DNA of 37,205 nucleotides, taken from positions 15,691,087-15,728,291 of the forward strand of contig NC_068986.1 in NCBI RefSeq assembly GCF_001194135.2, given 5' to 3'. Numbering within the stretch: the stretch's first letter is position 1; the number at the start of each line of letters is the position of its first letter. The translations under genes and the position numbers were made by a program. Origin of the DNA: Octopus bimaculoides (Eukaryota). Positions 33,124 through 37,205 of this stretch are shown piece after piece. The notes under the pieces are model-generated. The model saw nothing but the letters and a program-made list of their open reading frames with translations, ran no database searches and was not told the origin of the DNA.

Positions 33124-34020
33124 TATTGCCCATACAGAAATGTACAAAACAACTGATTGGGATCAGTAATGCGATATGGTTTTACGTAAAATGTGATTTT
33201 AAAAATTAAATAAAATATAAAAAATCGAATCATATTAACAATACAGAGACAATACAAATGAAGTGATGATCGGGCCACGCTCCTACCCCACAAGCCCAGA
33301 TCTATCGCTGGTATATTTTTTGTTTGTTTTATTCCGTCCATTCACACGGTTTCTTGCACGCACACAGTTCCTTGCACGCACAACATTCCTGCAACATGCT
33401 TCCATCTCTTTTGGAATGTACACTCCGACAGACATCTCTTCTCCAGCCACACTTTCGTTTTCAAATGAAAAGTAAAAAATGAACGTAAATTGTGGCCAGA
33501 GATAAAGTTGCCTGACTTAATTACTGTTATCCTAGTCTTCCATACTGCCTCTTTCGCTACAACCGTGAGAAAACAATTCTTACCTTCGTTTGTTAAAACT
33601 CCCGGTGGGTCAATTTTTATAATTGACTCAGTCGACAGCTGTACTCTTCATTCGCCGGACAACAGGTGTTCAGCATAAGCCCACATTTCAGATATCTCCG
33701 GACACTGAACAATAGCATGAGGGACGGTCTCCCTGTCTCCTCCGCATCTTTGACAGGTCGGCGACTGACGCTTACCGTGTCCTGCGAGCTTATCCCCGAC
33801 GGGCAAGGCACCTCTGTACCATTGCCAGGTTAATGACTTTTGGAATTTGTTCAACGTTCTCAACCCGAATGTACAGTGAAACAGGCTGTCCAGTTGAATA
33901 AACCCGAGACCTAGAGTCTCCCGCAGGCCATCGTCGCATTTAGACTCTACTAACCCACTATATAAAATCCGTGTGGAACCCCAGCGCTGGCGTTGCCCGA
34001 GCGCCGGAATAGCAAGAGGG
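33124..34020 (-). mobile_element. Tx1/L1-clade LINE 3' fragment with zf-RVT (CCHC) C-terminus and 3' UTR
   Basis: About 220 codons with one in-frame TGA: ...KSLTWQWYRGALPVGDKL...PTCQRCGGDRETVPHAIVQCPEISEMW...GE*RVQL...AKEAVWKTR...KRW. AATAAA on the minus strand at ~33122-33127. Confidence 0.85.
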
Positions 34021-34429
34021 CCTTACATTTCGACCTTTAAATGACATGTAGTACCGCATATGTATATGTTTTAAGTTGTGTGTGATATAGTGAGGTTTTG
34101 TTTCTTTAAATCTTCTAACAATATATGTTGTCTTTCAGACTAAATCGCTGATGATCAAAATTGTGTTTCTCTGTCAGTTTCTTTTTTTCTTCTTTGCATT
34201 TAGTACCCGAGTTATTTAAATGGACAACCCATCTCGTACGTCAAAAAAAAAAAAAGAAACATAATTGTTATCGTCAATTACAAATCCATATTTTAACATT
34301 TTTTTTGCAGTATATCTTCCATAAAGCAGCTTTTGGTTTACTTTGTTAATCCCATAAGTCCATGTGGTTCATTTAAAGATAATTCATTGTTTTGATATTT
34401 AATACGACCGGAAATTCGTTGCTAAAACT

Positions 34430-35296
34430 TCATTTCTGTTTAGAAAACATTTTCTTTGTTTTGTCTCTGAATTGCTTACTAATGCACACATATACAAGGA
34501 AATTTAAACTGTTGTTTAGGCATGCGACAAAATCTGCAATTAGAAAGGATATCTGAGTTCGAGTATACTCGTCTACGTTCGCAATAATCGCAACAGGAAC
34601 CGTTGTGAATATAAATATCGCATTTATACTAATGACAAGACATATAGTATCCTTTGATTGTGTATTGTGTTGGTTATTTTGGCCGAGATTTGGTCTATGA
34701 ATTAATTTGTATGACATAAGGATGTTGCTGATAACTAAAAGTGTTGCTGGTATAAAGGAGTATAAGATGGTTAGAAACAAAACTATTAGGTTTTGCGGGA
34801 CAATTTTGCTGAATACTACTCCTATGCTAATTGCTAATATTGAAACAAATGCAATGGATCCCGCAATAATAAACCTTTGAGTTGATCCGTTCAGAATTAG
34901 AAATGGACAATAAACTGCCAACATGCGTTCAGCTGATATTATTACCGTTAACCATGAAGACATTTCGTTTGAAATTATAATAATCAGGGTTAGCAAATAA
35001 AAAACACTTTCTGAGTATTGAAATCCGTAAGTATCTAATATAATTTTCAGTGCATTCACCCATAAAGTAATGGTATCCACAATCGCTAGTGAAATAAGAC
35101 GAGAAGCAATTCTATATTCTTTCATAGCTGTCGAACACGCCACTGTTATTATAAGGAGGTTGCCCAGAGTCCCCAAAATCAGCACTGAAATGGAGCTAAA
35201 ACGAAGAGCATTATATATTCCAGTGTTATTCATTATTATAATAGAATATATTCTCACAATTTCTCCAAATTCCTTTATATTCGATGGAAGATACAT
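34430..35296 (-). CDS. Intronless class A GPCR (GPCR4), 288 aa, divergent paralogue; alternative start at MNNTG
   Basis: GTLGN, LAIVD, ISAERMLAVYCP, YSFIP, HRPNLGQ, TTVP, NNSLNFLVY, SKQFR: the same family signature as GPCR1-3. Confidence 0.9.
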   Translation of the reverse strand: MYLPSNIKEFGEIVRIYSIIIMNNTGIYNALRFSSISVLILGTLGNLLIITVACSTAMKEYRIASRLISLAIVDTITLWVNALKIILDTYGFQYSESVFYLLTLIIIISNEMSSWLTVIISAERMLAVYCPFLILNGSTQRFIIAGSIAFVSILAISIGVVFSKIVPQNLIVLFLTILYSFIPATLLVISNILMSYKLIHRPNLGQNNQHNTQSKDTICLVISINAIFIFTTVPVAIIANVDEYTRTQISFLIADFVACLNNSLNFLVYVCISKQFRDKTKKMFSKQK

Positions 35297-37070
35297 AAAA
35301 AGATGGAATTTCAGTTGTTACTGATAGCAGAGTGGCTGATTGCTTATTACCATGTTATGAAAGTTGTTTGTAAAGTGTAGAAAGACAAGATATTTTCATG
35401 TCGGAACACTGGATATACACAGTAGCAGTTCTAATTTATGATATAATTCACACGAATGCATCTTTACAAGGGAAGGAAAATAAAAACTACGACCGAGAAA
35501 AAAAAATATTTATAATTATTGTTTACCTTCCTTTACATATCACATTTGCGTAAAAATAAAAAGAATATGAATGAAGCATATTTTATAAACTGATCAAGCA
35601 AAGATATAAGTATTGTAAAAGCTTAAAATATATTTACAGATATTCAAGGCGCTCCGTTGAAGAAGCACTGACCCGACACACAGCATAGGTAAGAAGCATT
35701 GATGTTTTGATTATCTCAGTATTAGTGTGCTTCGCTTGTAATCTAACAAGTTTCAGTGTTAGTTTGTGACGCACGAGATGAATTAGGCACAAACAATTTC
35801 TTCTCAGAACCGTACCAAATGAGGACAACCATTTATCAAAATAAATGGTAGTCTGCGTGTGAATATTCTTTATTTTCGGAAAAGGTAATATCTGCTTAAG
35901 GCCGCATGTCTGAATACGCTGGTTATTTTTCAGAAGGTAGGTTGTTGTTTGGAGATGATTTACCTGCAATATCATGCAAGGTAAATGAAACAGATGTTCA
36001 GTGGGTGATTCACAAAATGAAATCGCTTTTCAGCTGTTGTATTCATTTTATGGCCTATTTGAACTAATCGAACTTCTTCTTCGTTAACTATGATCAAATA
36101 TTGACAATATTATCTTTACTTTACATATTATGTCATTTCTTGTTAATTTGGTATTAAAACAAAGACAAATTGATTTTGAAGGGAATTTGGCTCTTAATTT
36201 TGGTAGGGCAGTAATGAAAGTCGAATTTCCATCTTTGGCTCTCTGACAATTGAATGAGAAGGTATCCGTTTGAGATATATTCTACGTTTTATTGGTAAAC
36301 GCAGAAATAAAAAGGAGATATGATTCCAATTTTTTTTTTTTTTTTTGTTCACATCCTTGTAATAAATTTATATGCTATGTCCATAACTTCATTGCTTCGA
36401 AATTCAGCAAAACATAAATAAATGCATAGAATAATTATTAGCAAAGATCTCCTTCAAATAATTTGTTGTCGCACTCTGAGAGAATGGATTTAGTTGACAT
36501 CTTTCTTTTTACAAAGTATTTTGTCTTTTCTATCTTGGAAACGAAAATCTGCAACCTATATGCAAATGATATACTTAATAAGAACATGAAACAAAAACAA
36601 AACAATGTCAGTTTATTGAATCTGACACTGTAATCTCGTTTGTACGGCAATTATCTGGATATGTGGATAGTCTTAATACTTTGCACTAGCCAGGCGTTAA
36701 AGTAATAAATGGCTTCCCTAAAGTGTATTAGTAAATATTGATATCGGGTCACTTACTGTTGAAGCATTAATAATTGGATCGAACGCCGAATCCACTATTT
36801 TTCCCATTCAATTATCTGCTTAAAATACGATAATTAATTAGTTTCAGTAAATCTAAAAGTCTACTTTAAACAATCATCTAGACGACTTTTCTGTTCAGTT
36901 AAAGCAATCAACCTAATGCTAGCTAACACTTCGGTAAATAATATTACATTAATATATTAAGTTTGTAATATTATTTGAAAGAAAAAAAAATCGATTAAGA
37001 TACAAGCAAAACATGAATGTATTATTATATGATCGATTTGTATATGAATAATAATTACAACAATAACTGC

Positions 37071-37176
<106 letters not shown>

Positions 37177-37205
37177 GTTCAGTAGTTTTATTTTTATAAC
37201 GTGTT

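Noticed and set aside
35634-35975. 113-aa minus-strand ORF upstream of GPCR4
   Set aside because: No recognisable domain and no paralogous copy near the other receptors; treated as a chance ORF.

Overview
This is eukaryotic, AT-rich, gapped draft-assembly DNA with no prokaryotic features. The SINE families look like those of octopus/cephalopod genomes, which I recognise from memory and have not verified by search. The genic content is a minus-strand cluster of four intronless rhodopsin-like (class A) GPCR paralogues at 684-1658, 6770-7693, 10686->11421 (5' end in an N gap) and 34430-35296. In the three receptors where TM3 is fully sequenced and, by near-identity, in the fourth, the TM3-ECL2 disulfide cysteines are absent and ECL2 is almost missing. 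GPCR2 and GPCR3 lie in a recent ~4.0-kb tandem duplication, and a third, older copy of their upstream region (~14.4-15.6 kb) has no receptor behind it. All three copies keep an indel-free 91-codon upstream frame containing an intact 30-aa ATG ORF. The remainder is tRNA-derived SINEs (four families), Mariner, Tc1, hAT and Tigger-like DNA-transposon relics, RTE and Tx1/L1 LINE 3' ends, and microsatellites. Two minimal type-I hammerhead ribozyme motifs have intact catalytic cores (5746-5833, 21170-21240), and one SINE family carries a decayed hammerhead in its tail. Most ORFs in the supplied track are artefacts of microsatellites, SINEs or N gaps.
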